Positions 7,607 to 16,013 are shown, numbered from the stretch's first letter. The stretch is DNA of 32,000 bases from Candidatus Nanopusillus sp. (GCA_028275775.1 JAPWTZ010000004.1:1-32000), one strand, 5' to 3'. Notes: generated by a model not told the origin, from the sequence alone. Made by a program: numbers and translations.

Positions 7607-9222
7607 ACTGTTAATTCAGCAACTAGATACCCGCCCAGGAATGGTATACCCATTGGTAAATAAATATAAGAAACATATATATTTGTATTTGGAGGTATTG
7701 GATATCCCAAACTTATAGTTTCTCCACTACCTTCATACATATATGCATTTAGTTCTTCCACATTCCCTTTATCTGTAATACAATATGCTCTTGCCATTGC
7801 AACACCATTTCCTCCAGGATGAGGATCATAATATACTGCGGAAATTATAAATTGAGATGTATTTTGAGCTCTATCATCTATTACCCATTTAGTAATATTA
7901 AATCTATAAATTCCTTCTGCATTTGAATTTTGATTAAATAAATAAACTAAAGGGCATTCTTTTCCAACAATAATTCCATTTACATTTTGTACACTATCGA
8001 ATACACCAGTTGGACAATCTATTGTTTCTCCATTTAAATTATATTCACATAAAGGATCTGCTGCTAAAAATACATAATCTGGTTCTCCACTTTTATTTAA
8101 AAAAGAAATATACAATCTTACTACTTCATGCCATGGATAATCTATAAATACTTGTTGACAATTTGGAGGTATATTTACTATGCCTCTATAAAATGATCCA
8201 ACAATTAATTCCTGACCTCCACATTGCTGAGAAGGACCTGAATAGCTTGTACCGAATTCTTCTTGACATATCTTATTTAAATATTGTTGTGGGATTATAA
8301 ACTCTGCTAATCTATTTATATTGGTAGCAGTTTTATATACTGGAGGTCCATAATAATAGTAAGGAATACTTGTTAAATATTGAAAACCTGCTACTGGAGT
8401 TCCAATTCCTACCCATCCAGAGAAGAATTGTGGTAATGAAAAAGTTGGTTGTGGAGTTATTGAATAACTAAAGGTTTCATAATTTGGGAATAAATTCCAT
8501 TCACCTTGTGGGCAATATACAGAAGCGTTTGTAAAATTATAACTTGGAAATATTTTTGTTAATGGTGTACACAAGCCAGTTTGTACAGCTAGAGATTGAG
8601 TCATTCCATTATATAATGTTGGTAATCCCCACAAACTTATTGATTGAGACTGATGAAATGGCGCTGTTGCATTTACCCATCCTGCTCCATATAATGTTTG
8701 AGTTACTGGTATATTAATATTTTCTGTATAATTATCTACAAAGAAATATGTATAATTCCATTCATACCATTGTGTACCATCTGGATCTGGAGGGGGATTC
8801 ATTGAGCAAGGATCCCAATTTCCAATATTACCACCTACTATAAACATTTGAACAACCCATCCAGTTACTGGTGGGATAAAATATATAGTTAAGTTCCATC
8901 TATTTCCATATATACTATCAAAATAATTTATTAGATCTTCTGATATATTTGTACATATATTTTGATTTATACAATATGTATCATTTCCAGAAGATGAAAA
9001 ATAGGATAATAAAAATGCATAGGATAAATTAACTTTATGATCATAAATATAAGGTAATAGATCAATGCTATTTTGAATTGTTAATGTATATTGATTTTCT
9101 ACATTATATGTTTGTGTTATTTTAGAACTAGAACTGGTTGATAATAAATAAACCAAAATTATTAATAAAATTATTATTGAAATAATAATAACAAATGCTA
9201 ATGTATTAATCTGATTTTTCAT
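7600..9222 (-). CDS. N-terminally anchored large extracellular protein, unknown family
   Basis: 540 aa. N-terminus is MKNQ plus a hydrophobic helix (INTLAFVIIISIIILLIILVYLL). The ectodomain is rich in Tyr/Trp/Pro/Gly/Cys with many sequons. 4-nt overlap with the upstream gene. Confidence 0.75.
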   Translation of the reverse strand: MKNQINTLAFVIIISIIILLIILVYLLSTSSSSKITQTYNVENQYTLTIQNSIDLLPYIYDHKVNLSYAFLLSYFSSSGNDTYCINQNICTNISEDLINYFDSIYGNRWNLTIYFIPPVTGWVVQMFIVGGNIGNWDPCSMNPPPDPDGTQWYEWNYTYFFVDNYTENINIPVTQTLYGAGWVNATAPFHQSQSISLWGLPTLYNGMTQSLAVQTGLCTPLTKIFPSYNFTNASVYCPQGEWNLFPNYETFSYSITPQPTFSLPQFFSGWVGIGTPVAGFQYLTSIPYYYYGPPVYKTATNINRLAEFIIPQQYLNKICQEEFGTSYSGPSQQCGGQELIVGSFYRGIVNIPPNCQQVFIDYPWHEVVRLYISFLNKSGEPDYVFLAADPLCEYNLNGETIDCPTGVFDSVQNVNGIIVGKECPLVYLFNQNSNAEGIYRFNITKWVIDDRAQNTSQFIISAVYYDPHPGGNGVAMARAYCITDKGNVEELNAYMYEGSGETISLGYPIPPNTNIYVSYIYLPMGIPFLGGYLVAELTVW

Positions 9223-10043
9223 TTTAGATAATATAAAAGAATAACTAGGCCTATTATTATAATTACTATTACTATTGCTACTGGTAAAATTAAGTTAACA
9301 TTATTACTTTTATTACTTATATTTGGTTGTGGATAAATTAATTGTTGGGTATTATTTGTTTGATTTACTTGAGTCTGATTTATGCATTCAAATACTCCTG
9401 TACATGATATATATATAATATTTGGTGGTGGACATTGCTGTAAAAATTCTTGATATAATTGATTTAATGAATAATTATATGGACATCTAAACCAATCTCC
9501 TTCAAATGATAAGTTTTCTGGACAATATCCACATTGATATTCTTTTTGATATGCAGATAAAATAGTTTGATAAGAAGCATTACCTGTCAAATAAGATTGG
9601 GGTATATATGGTGGATTAAAACATGGATAAACCTGATTTGAACATGGTTGATAATACCATGGAGTATTTGAGCAATTTAATAAACTATTACAATATACTC
9701 TTGGAAGTATAATTAAATCTTCATATGCTGATGGAGGAATTAATGCATATGGACTAACCAATGTTCCATTTGGATATTCACAATAACTACTATTTACATA
9801 TATTAATCCATAATGGGCACAAAAAGAATATTGTGGAGGTACTTCGTTTTCATAATATTGTATAGCATCAAAATATGTACCATTTACAATACAATAAGAA
9901 CCTGTGCTGTTTGTATAATATGTTCCTCCACCATATTCACAATAAACTGCTAATGGATTTATCATGGAATGTATATTATAAAGTAAAGATATAAAAATAA
10001 TTATAAATAATATTAATATTTTTTTATTGTGCGAGAGTAACAT
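9219..10043 (-). CDS. Secreted Cys-rich protein with N-terminal signal sequence and C-terminal TM anchor; possible DUF333-like N-terminal module
   Basis: 274 aa. N-terminal hydrophobic signal (KKILILFIIIFISLLYNIHS). INPLAVYCEYGGGTYYTNSTGSYCIVNGTYFDAIQYY resembles the DUF333 pattern NPAxxYCxxxGG...C...G....W/Y. C-terminal anchor is LILPVAIVIVIIIIGLVILLYYLK. Confidence 0.65.
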   Translation of the reverse strand: MLLSHNKKILILFIIIFISLLYNIHSMINPLAVYCEYGGGTYYTNSTGSYCIVNGTYFDAIQYYENEVPPQYSFCAHYGLIYVNSSYCEYPNGTLVSPYALIPPSAYEDLIILPRVYCNSLLNCSNTPWYYQPCSNQVYPCFNPPYIPQSYLTGNASYQTILSAYQKEYQCGYCPENLSFEGDWFRCPYNYSLNQLYQEFLQQCPPPNIIYISCTGVFECINQTQVNQTNNTQQLIYPQPNISNKSNNVNLILPVAIVIVIIIIGLVILLYYLK

Positions 10044-11610
10044 TTTGGATTGCTACAACTACATAAGGAAATGATAAGCCATAAGGAGATTGATCAAATG
10101 GTACGTATACATATCCATCTTGCATCCAATAAACACCTCCACACGACCATTCTGATGATAAAGAAAATTCTTGCTCTAGTTCCTGATTGCAAAGCTGATA
10201 ATTAAAATAATATTCGCTGCATGCAGTAAGAGGGCATATAGAACTATAACATATATAGCTTACACCAATTTCACCATTTTGAGCAACAAGTATGCATCCA
10301 GATCTCTCCCCCCATTGGTTTTCAAATATCCAACATTTAGGAGTTCCATACATTTCTTGACATAGTTGAGAATTTATGGTATAGCCAACTAATAGCATGA
10401 CATGTCCCGAAGTTACATATTCTTCAGGATATATATTTGGATTAGATCCACCTGTCCCTCCCATCAATCCAGCAACTACTAATGGTCCATAACATAATAA
10501 ATCTTGGATTATTTGTTGATCGGATAAAGGTCCATTTTGTGAAAGAAAGATAACATCTTTTGGATAATACAATGGAGAGCTAGGTCCATTATAATTAAAA
10601 TTACATACATCACCCGGATAGCTATCATAGTTCTGATATTCTTCTTGTGGACAATGATTTCCTAAAGTAGATTCATAATAGCTCCATCCAGGATCGGGTG
10701 GTATACCGTATTGAGATGTATAATATATGCCATAATATAAACCAGATGCTGTGGGAATACCATTTTCATTAAAAATAGTCTCACTACCACGACAACCGCT
10801 ATTGTACTTGCAATAACTTGGAGCATTTGGATAACCATTATTACATTCTATTGCTAGATATGCTGGAGATAATTGTAATCCTTCATTTGGTTCGTTATTT
10901 CTTATCATATATACTGAAGCAATTCCATTTGAACTAGCAAAAGCCCAACAATCTCCGCAATCTCCCTGATCCCCTATTGGAGGTATATAGCTATTTCCAT
11001 TTACATCACCCCAGAAAAAACTTGCCTGTCCAGTATATTTAACTAGACATTGAGCATTTGGATTAATATTATTATTGTTATTTCCTTGATTATTTCCTCC
11101 ATTATTATTACTACTTCCCCCATTGTTTTGATTATTATTGTTTTGATTGTTTTCTGGAGTTATATATATAAGAGTTCCATTTGGTAAATATTCATTTAAT
11201 ATTGTAATTGAATTTTGAAGGTTTGTTGTAATAAAAACAGTATTATTTGTACTAACAAGATATATATAATTGTTTGGATACAGAAAACTTACATTTTGAT
11301 TATTATTATATAATGTTACATTCTTGTAAAAATTAATTGTATAATTGTTATTATTATATTGTATTATTAATTCAGTACCATTTGCAAATAATATAACTCC
11401 ATTTGGTATATTAACTTTTACATAAGTAGTGCCTTGAATACTATTTATTGTATTCTCTAAATTTTGTAAATTATTAATAAAATTTTCAAATATTAAATTT
11501 TCTTGTTGTTTTTTAATATTCATAGAATATTGATAATATATTATAAAAGCTAAAGATATAATTACCAATATTATTGCTACTGAAAGCAAATTTAATTGAT
11601 ATCTTTTCAT
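10024..11610 (-). CDS. Membrane-anchored papain-like (C1 family) cysteine peptidase with N-terminal beta-rich domain and an Asn/Gly low-complexity linker
   Basis: N-terminal anchor MKRYQLNLLSVAIILVIISLAFIIYY. Linker NNQNNNNQNNGGSSNNNGGNNQGNNNNNIN (nt ~11056-11154). Papain catalytic motifs are present in order: DQGDCGDCWAFASS (catalytic Cys codon 10948-10950), GHVMLLVGY (His), ENQWGERSG (Asn-x-Trp-Gly). Confidence 0.85.
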   Translation of the reverse strand: MKRYQLNLLSVAIILVIISLAFIIYYQYSMNIKKQQENLIFENFINNLQNLENTINSIQGTTYVKVNIPNGVILFANGTELIIQYNNNNYTINFYKNVTLYNNNQNVSFLYPNNYIYLVSTNNTVFITTNLQNSITILNEYLPNGTLIYITPENNQNNNNQNNGGSSNNNGGNNQGNNNNNINPNAQCLVKYTGQASFFWGDVNGNSYIPPIGDQGDCGDCWAFASSNGIASVYMIRNNEPNEGLQLSPAYLAIECNNGYPNAPSYCKYNSGCRGSETIFNENGIPTASGLYYGIYYTSQYGIPPDPGWSYYESTLGNHCPQEEYQNYDSYPGDVCNFNYNGPSSPLYYPKDVIFLSQNGPLSDQQIIQDLLCYGPLVVAGLMGGTGGSNPNIYPEEYVTSGHVMLLVGYTINSQLCQEMYGTPKCWIFENQWGERSGCILVAQNGEIGVSYICYSSICPLTACSEYYFNYQLCNQELEQEFSLSSEWSCGGVYWMQDGYVYVPFDQSPYGLSFPYVVVAIQNVTLAQ

Positions 11611-11646
11611 TATGAGTTAATAATATTTATAAAATTTTAAAAATTT

Positions 11647-12087
11647 TTAACTTGGATTTTCTATATAAATTGTTACTTCTGTTGGAGAAGTTTTTTCAAC
11701 AAGTAGTGGTATTTTTTCATTTGGATTTCCATATGATAATTCATAAAATAATCCAGAAGTATAATATTGAATCATACTATTTGTTGTATTTATTATTACA
11801 TTGCATGGCAATGTATAATTGTAGTATTCATCATATATATAACAACTTAATAAATTATTATTTGCATAAATATAATTTAAATACTTGTTTATTTCAATAT
11901 TAATATAAATTTCTGTTCCAGTATTTGAATAACATACTCTTTCAATTGTTGTATACAAATTCTGGCAAGATGATATATCTTGATATAATAATTGAGTTTG
12001 ATTATTTATACTTGAAAATTTAAAATATAAATATAAAGACAATCCAAAAGCAATAATTGTTACAATTATCCAAAACCACTTTTCCAT
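11647..12087 (-). CDS. Small N-terminally anchored pilin-like protein
   Basis: 146 aa. The N-terminal hydrophobic helix MEKWFWIIVTIIAFGLSLYLYF is followed by a Cys-containing beta-rich domain. It lies 2 nt downstream of the previous small ORF. Confidence 0.6.
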   Translation of the reverse strand: MEKWFWIIVTIIAFGLSLYLYFKFSSINNQTQLLYQDISSCQNLYTTIERVCYSNTGTEIYINIEINKYLNYIYANNNLLSCYIYDEYYNYTLPCNVIINTTNSMIQYYTSGLFYELSYGNPNEKIPLLVEKTSPTEVTIYIENPS

Positions 12088-12089
12088 TT

Positions 12090-12503
12090 TTATCCTTGAA
12101 CATTAATATAAACATAATTTCCTGCCGAATATATTAATATATATTCTCCAGGATTTATATTATAATTACAATTTTGCATTACTACATTTGGATCTATACT
12201 ACTTACATTATTTATTAAATCCTGACATGTAAATGGTTCTCCTTGATAGTTAATTAAATAGCAAAGACCCTGAGCTTTTTTATAATAACATGCCACTACA
12301 TCCATTGCAACATCTTGTATCGAATTTACATTTGTTTCTACTACAGTTTGTGTACTATTATATTTAGGCATTATACTACTAATGTAAGAAGTTATATTTC
12401 CTCTTAATAAAAATATTATTCCTAAAATTACTACTGTAACAATTATTCCTATAATTATTAAAAATGTATAATTAACTGGAAGTTCTTGAGACTTTATTGC
12501 CAT
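12090..12503 (-). CDS. Small N-terminally anchored pilin-like protein (paralog set)
   Basis: 137 aa. MAIKSQ then the hydrophobic helix (YTFLIIIGIIVTVVILGIIFLL). C-terminal strand motif EYILIYSAGNYVYI is shared with the two upstream ORFs. Confidence 0.6.
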   Translation of the reverse strand: MAIKSQELPVNYTFLIIIGIIVTVVILGIIFLLRGNITSYISSIMPKYNSTQTVVETNVNSIQDVAMDVVACYYKKAQGLCYLINYQGEPFTCQDLINNVSSIDPNVVMQNCNYNINPGEYILIYSAGNYVYINVQG

Positions 12504-12973
12504 ATTACAATATAACTATTGTTGTATATTATAAATATACTATTGTATGGATAAATATTTCCATCACTATTATTTAAATGAAATATAATATTATTTGGAT
12601 TAAATGTGGTATAATTTTGTATATATTGAATTAATATTGATGAATTAAGAACAATATTCTCATCTATATAAACATCATAACATATATTAAATAATTTATT
12701 TGTATTTACATTATTATTGTAGCAATTTAATATTAATCCTGTTATATCTGAATAAATTGTATCATTACTTTCATTTGTATACATAACATTTATTGCTGAA
12801 GGATAATATTTTTCACATGATGGAGAAAAACCACCTTGTGATATTAATGTTTGACAATAATATGCTTGAGAATTGCCAAAAAACTTTGTATAAATAATAT
12901 CTAATATAACTGCAACAGATATTATTGCTATTATAATAATAAATACAGTATCTATTGCTATATCATTCTTCAT
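12494..12973 (-). CDS. Small N-terminally anchored pilin-like protein (paralog set)
   Basis: 159 aa. MKND then the hydrophobic helix (IAIDTVFIIIIAIISVAVILDII). C-terminal motif SIFIIYNNSYIVIW. 4-nt overlap upstream and 10-nt overlap downstream. Confidence 0.6.
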   Translation of the reverse strand: MKNDIAIDTVFIIIIAIISVAVILDIIYTKFFGNSQAYYCQTLISQGGFSPSCEKYYPSAINVMYTNESNDTIYSDITGLILNCYNNNVNTNKLFNICYDVYIDENIVLNSSILIQYIQNYTTFNPNNIIFHLNNSDGNIYPYNSIFIIYNNSYIVIWQ

Positions 12974-13254
12974 ATATAATTAATACTTCCGTTATAAATA
13001 TATATAATTCTATAGCCTGCAGGTATTGTTATTCCATTTATTGTACAATTTTCATTAAGAAATACTTTAATATTAATTATTTCCTGAAAACTTTTATTAT
13101 ATAGATTTTCTAACTGTTGGCAATTAATTGTTTGTATATTATTTCCACTCAAATTATTTTTTATATTATAAATATAATAAAAAGAAAATAAACTAGCAGC
13201 TATAATTAATATAAAAGTTATTATAATCCAATATATTGATTGTTGCAATTTCAT
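12970..13254 (-). CDS. Small N-terminally anchored pilin-like protein (paralog set)
   Basis: 94 aa. MKLQQS then the hydrophobic helix (IYWIIITFILIIAASLFSFYYI). C-terminal motif YRIIYIYNGSINYI. 4-nt overlap with the platform-protein gene. Confidence 0.55.
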   Translation of the reverse strand: MKLQQSIYWIIITFILIIAASLFSFYYIYNIKNNLSGNNIQTINCQQLENLYNKSFQEIINIKVFLNENCTINGITIPAGYRIIYIYNGSINYI

Positions 13255-15221
13255 AATTGTATATTTGTTGGTAAATATGGGCCAAATACTGTATATACTA
13301 TCAATATTCCTATTATTGAAAATATTACATAAAATATTGTTCCAAATAATAAATTTCTACCTATATAATATGATGTCATTGTATTATCAAATCCATATTT
13401 TATTCCAGCACTCATATATGAAGTTATTATTACATATTCTATAAAAAATATACCAATTATTGCTTCAAAAAATGTTGGTGGTATTAAATTATATAGATTA
13501 AATGTATTTACAATGAAATTGAATAAGTTTGTTCCTCCACCAAGGCCAAAAGATTGGTCTATTAATTGAAAGAAATATGCAAGTGCAAAAAGCATTGAAA
13601 CTACTCCATTATTAAAGACCGTAACCATTCCAGAAATTAATGGTACTAGATCTCTTGATGTCATATCTATTAATCCAATTATTTCATTTAATATTTTTCT
13701 TACACTATATCTTATGTTATTTACATTTTCTAAGTTTATTGATATATTATATGCAATCTTTGATAAAACTTCAGGACCTTTTGATGCAGAAGTAACTAAC
13801 AATTGCATAGATTCTCTTACTAATTTTGATGGATATAAATTTAATGAGCCAATTTTTGGATCAAATATAGAAGTACCTAAATCATAACCTCTTCTTAAAT
13901 TATATAATGTTGTTTTTAGGAAATTTTCCATAACTCCAGATGATTTTATTATTTTATAATTATAATATGTTTTTTCAATTACTATTTCAAATGGATATCC
14001 ATCTTCCAATAATGATGCAAATTCATATACAACAATTGGAAACTCATTTTCTATTTCTTCAATTTGATATATTTTTTTAACTTTTTGGAAAGATGTTAAA
14101 TAATAATAAGATCCTATACCTAAACCCAATCCTAAAGGTAATGTTAAAGTTAAAACAGAATATATTAATGCTCTATCCTGATAAACTATATTTAAATAAT
14201 CACTCAAAAATCCTTGTGGAATAAATGTAATCCTTATAGCTAGAGAAACTAAATGATATATTCCCAAAACTGCAATTGATCCTAATATTATTGAAATTAT
14301 TATTGCTGGAACTTCCTTATTTCCAATTTTAAATTTTCCAGGTTTTGGTAAATCTCTTGCTAAGGATAAATCTGGAACAGAAAATGCAAATGGATTTTTT
14401 GATAAGAAATTTTGAATTATTAAAAATGTAATAACTGGTAAAATTATTATATATGAAAATGCTATGAAATAGAAACTTACTGTATTTAATAAAAATACGG
14501 ATATTATTGGTAACATCATCAAACTAACTATTGGCATCATTACTAAGAAAGATACTATAACTGTTGCTGGTTCTTTTAAAGCATCTACATATAACTGGGA
14601 TTTTTCTAGGGATTTCTTTAATACCCATCCCAAAATTCTATCTAATAATTTATTTATATCATCAATAGATGTTTTATATTTAATGTTTACAATATGTGTC
14701 ATTGCATATACAAAATCTGGACTTAAATAAAACCATCTTCTCTGATAATATTCTAATGCAGATTCTATATCTTTAAATTTATTTGTTTCTAAGTTATATA
14801 ATAATGATCTAAAGTCTGTTGCAATATAACCTCTCATATAATATGCTACATATTTTATTCCATTCTCTAAATTAGGATTTCTTTTTAGATATAATGATAA
14901 ATATAGAATTATCCATACAATTTCTGATGTTACCTGAATTCTAACTACTTGTGTATAGAATATTGGATAATATGCGAAATAGAATGATAAAATTAATAAA
15001 GATATTAACAAAGAAAAAGCAAATTGAAAGCTTACAAAACTTAAAATAAAATATATGATTATAGAAAATAATATAAGAGTTATTACGGAAGAGAATATAT
15101 TATCTGGATTTGTATTTAGTCTATTTAACCATAAATGAAATGCATATTTTTTATATATTGGACCAGGAGCTCTTAGTTTTATTAAATTAAAATTATTATA
15201 AAAATATTCAAAAAAACTCAT
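13251..15221 (-). CDS. Polytopic membrane protein resembling the FlaJ/TadC/PilC (T2SSF-type) platform of archaeal type IV filament systems
   Basis: 656 aa with a duplicated architecture. Two soluble helical regions of about 120-150 aa (approx. residues 100-225 and 385-520, e.g. EIENEFPIVVYEFASLLEDGYPFEIVIEKT...) are each flanked by clusters of TM helices, about 9-10 TM in total. This is the layout of archaeal FlaJ/TadC. It sits between pilin-like genes. The call rests on architecture and context, not a strict motif. Confidence 0.55.
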   Translation of the reverse strand: MSFFEYFYNNFNLIKLRAPGPIYKKYAFHLWLNRLNTNPDNIFSSVITLILFSIIIYFILSFVSFQFAFSLLISLLILSFYFAYYPIFYTQVVRIQVTSEIVWIILYLSLYLKRNPNLENGIKYVAYYMRGYIATDFRSLLYNLETNKFKDIESALEYYQRRWFYLSPDFVYAMTHIVNIKYKTSIDDINKLLDRILGWVLKKSLEKSQLYVDALKEPATVIVSFLVMMPIVSLMMLPIISVFLLNTVSFYFIAFSYIIILPVITFLIIQNFLSKNPFAFSVPDLSLARDLPKPGKFKIGNKEVPAIIISIILGSIAVLGIYHLVSLAIRITFIPQGFLSDYLNIVYQDRALIYSVLTLTLPLGLGLGIGSYYYLTSFQKVKKIYQIEEIENEFPIVVYEFASLLEDGYPFEIVIEKTYYNYKIIKSSGVMENFLKTTLYNLRRGYDLGTSIFDPKIGSLNLYPSKLVRESMQLLVTSASKGPEVLSKIAYNISINLENVNNIRYSVRKILNEIIGLIDMTSRDLVPLISGMVTVFNNGVVSMLFALAYFFQLIDQSFGLGGGTNLFNFIVNTFNLYNLIPPTFFEAIIGIFFIEYVIITSYMSAGIKYGFDNTMTSYYIGRNLLFGTIFYVIFSIIGILIVYTVFGPYLPTNIQL

Positions 15222-15225
15222 TACA

Positions 15226-15990
15226 TTAGCTTGTTGTGCTTGGTATATTATTTAACTGGGAATATGGTACTTGCAATAAGAATTGACATAATGGCATTCC
15301 ATTGGCATTATTATTTATACCCAATGCTGCGCAATTTCCAGTTACTGTTAATACTCCATTATTAACTATTAAATTCAAATTACATCCATCTGCAGTATTA
15401 TAATAGTTAATAATCTTTAATAATGCACCAAATACCTGGTTTGTAATCCATGTTGGTAATTGTGCAGAACATTGTACTGGACCTGGATTTAATATTGAAG
15501 ATGGAGAAGAAATTTGAATATTTGCTTGTCCAGATGCTACATTAAATGATGTAGTGGAAGAATAATTTCCGAATACATAACTTGTTGCTTGTTCTGGGCT
15601 ATAATATAAATTATCAATATAATTTTGACATTCTAGATACATACAATCTAGAGGTGTTATTGTATATCCTTCATATTGACATTGACTAGAAGAACCTCCA
15701 TATAATTGTAATAATACACTGCATGGGACAGCATTTGAACAAATATAATATCCCGGACTTACTTGTACAAGTCCATTTCCTATATCTTCATACTTTGTAC
15801 AAAATGTTGTTGGTGAACTTGAACAATAACTTGAACAATCTGAAACTGCCTGTTGTATTTGTGTATTTGATATCGTACTAATCTTTGATGATTGCTGCTG
15901 GAATAACTTAATTACAACAACTGCTACTACTAACATTATTATTATTACAAATATTAACTGTACAGCCATATCTATACCCCTCCTTTTCAT
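15226..15990 (-). CDS. Type IV pilin-like protein with class III (prepilin) signal peptide; first gene of the cluster
   Basis: MKRRG/IDMAVQLIFVIIIMLVVAVVVIKLF has a short basic leader ending in Gly followed by a hydrophobic helix of about 22 aa, as in archaeal prepilins. The mature part is Ser/Thr/Cys-rich (12 Cys by hand count). Confidence 0.65.
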   Translation of the reverse strand: MKRRGIDMAVQLIFVIIIMLVVAVVVIKLFQQQSSKISTISNTQIQQAVSDCSSYCSSSPTTFCTKYEDIGNGLVQVSPGYYICSNAVPCSVLLQLYGGSSSQCQYEGYTITPLDCMYLECQNYIDNLYYSPEQATSYVFGNYSSTTSFNVASGQANIQISSPSSILNPGPVQCSAQLPTWITNQVFGALLKIINYYNTADGCNLNLIVNNGVLTVTGNCAALGINNNANGMPLCQFLLQVPYSQLNNIPSTTS

Positions 15991-16013
15991 AATTAAGGAT
16001 AAACATTTTATTC

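Noticed and set aside
11056-11154. AAT/GGN-rich stretch that looks like a DNA tandem repeat or microsatellite
   Set aside because: It is not a clean periodic repeat. It encodes an in-frame Asn/Gly/Gln low-complexity linker within the protease gene. It is treated as a protein linker rather than a DNA repeat element.
11652-11903. 83-aa plus-strand ORF
   Set aside because: Antisense to the 146-aa pilin-like gene that fits the operon; it is a low-complexity Leu/His/Tyr-rich shadow ORF.
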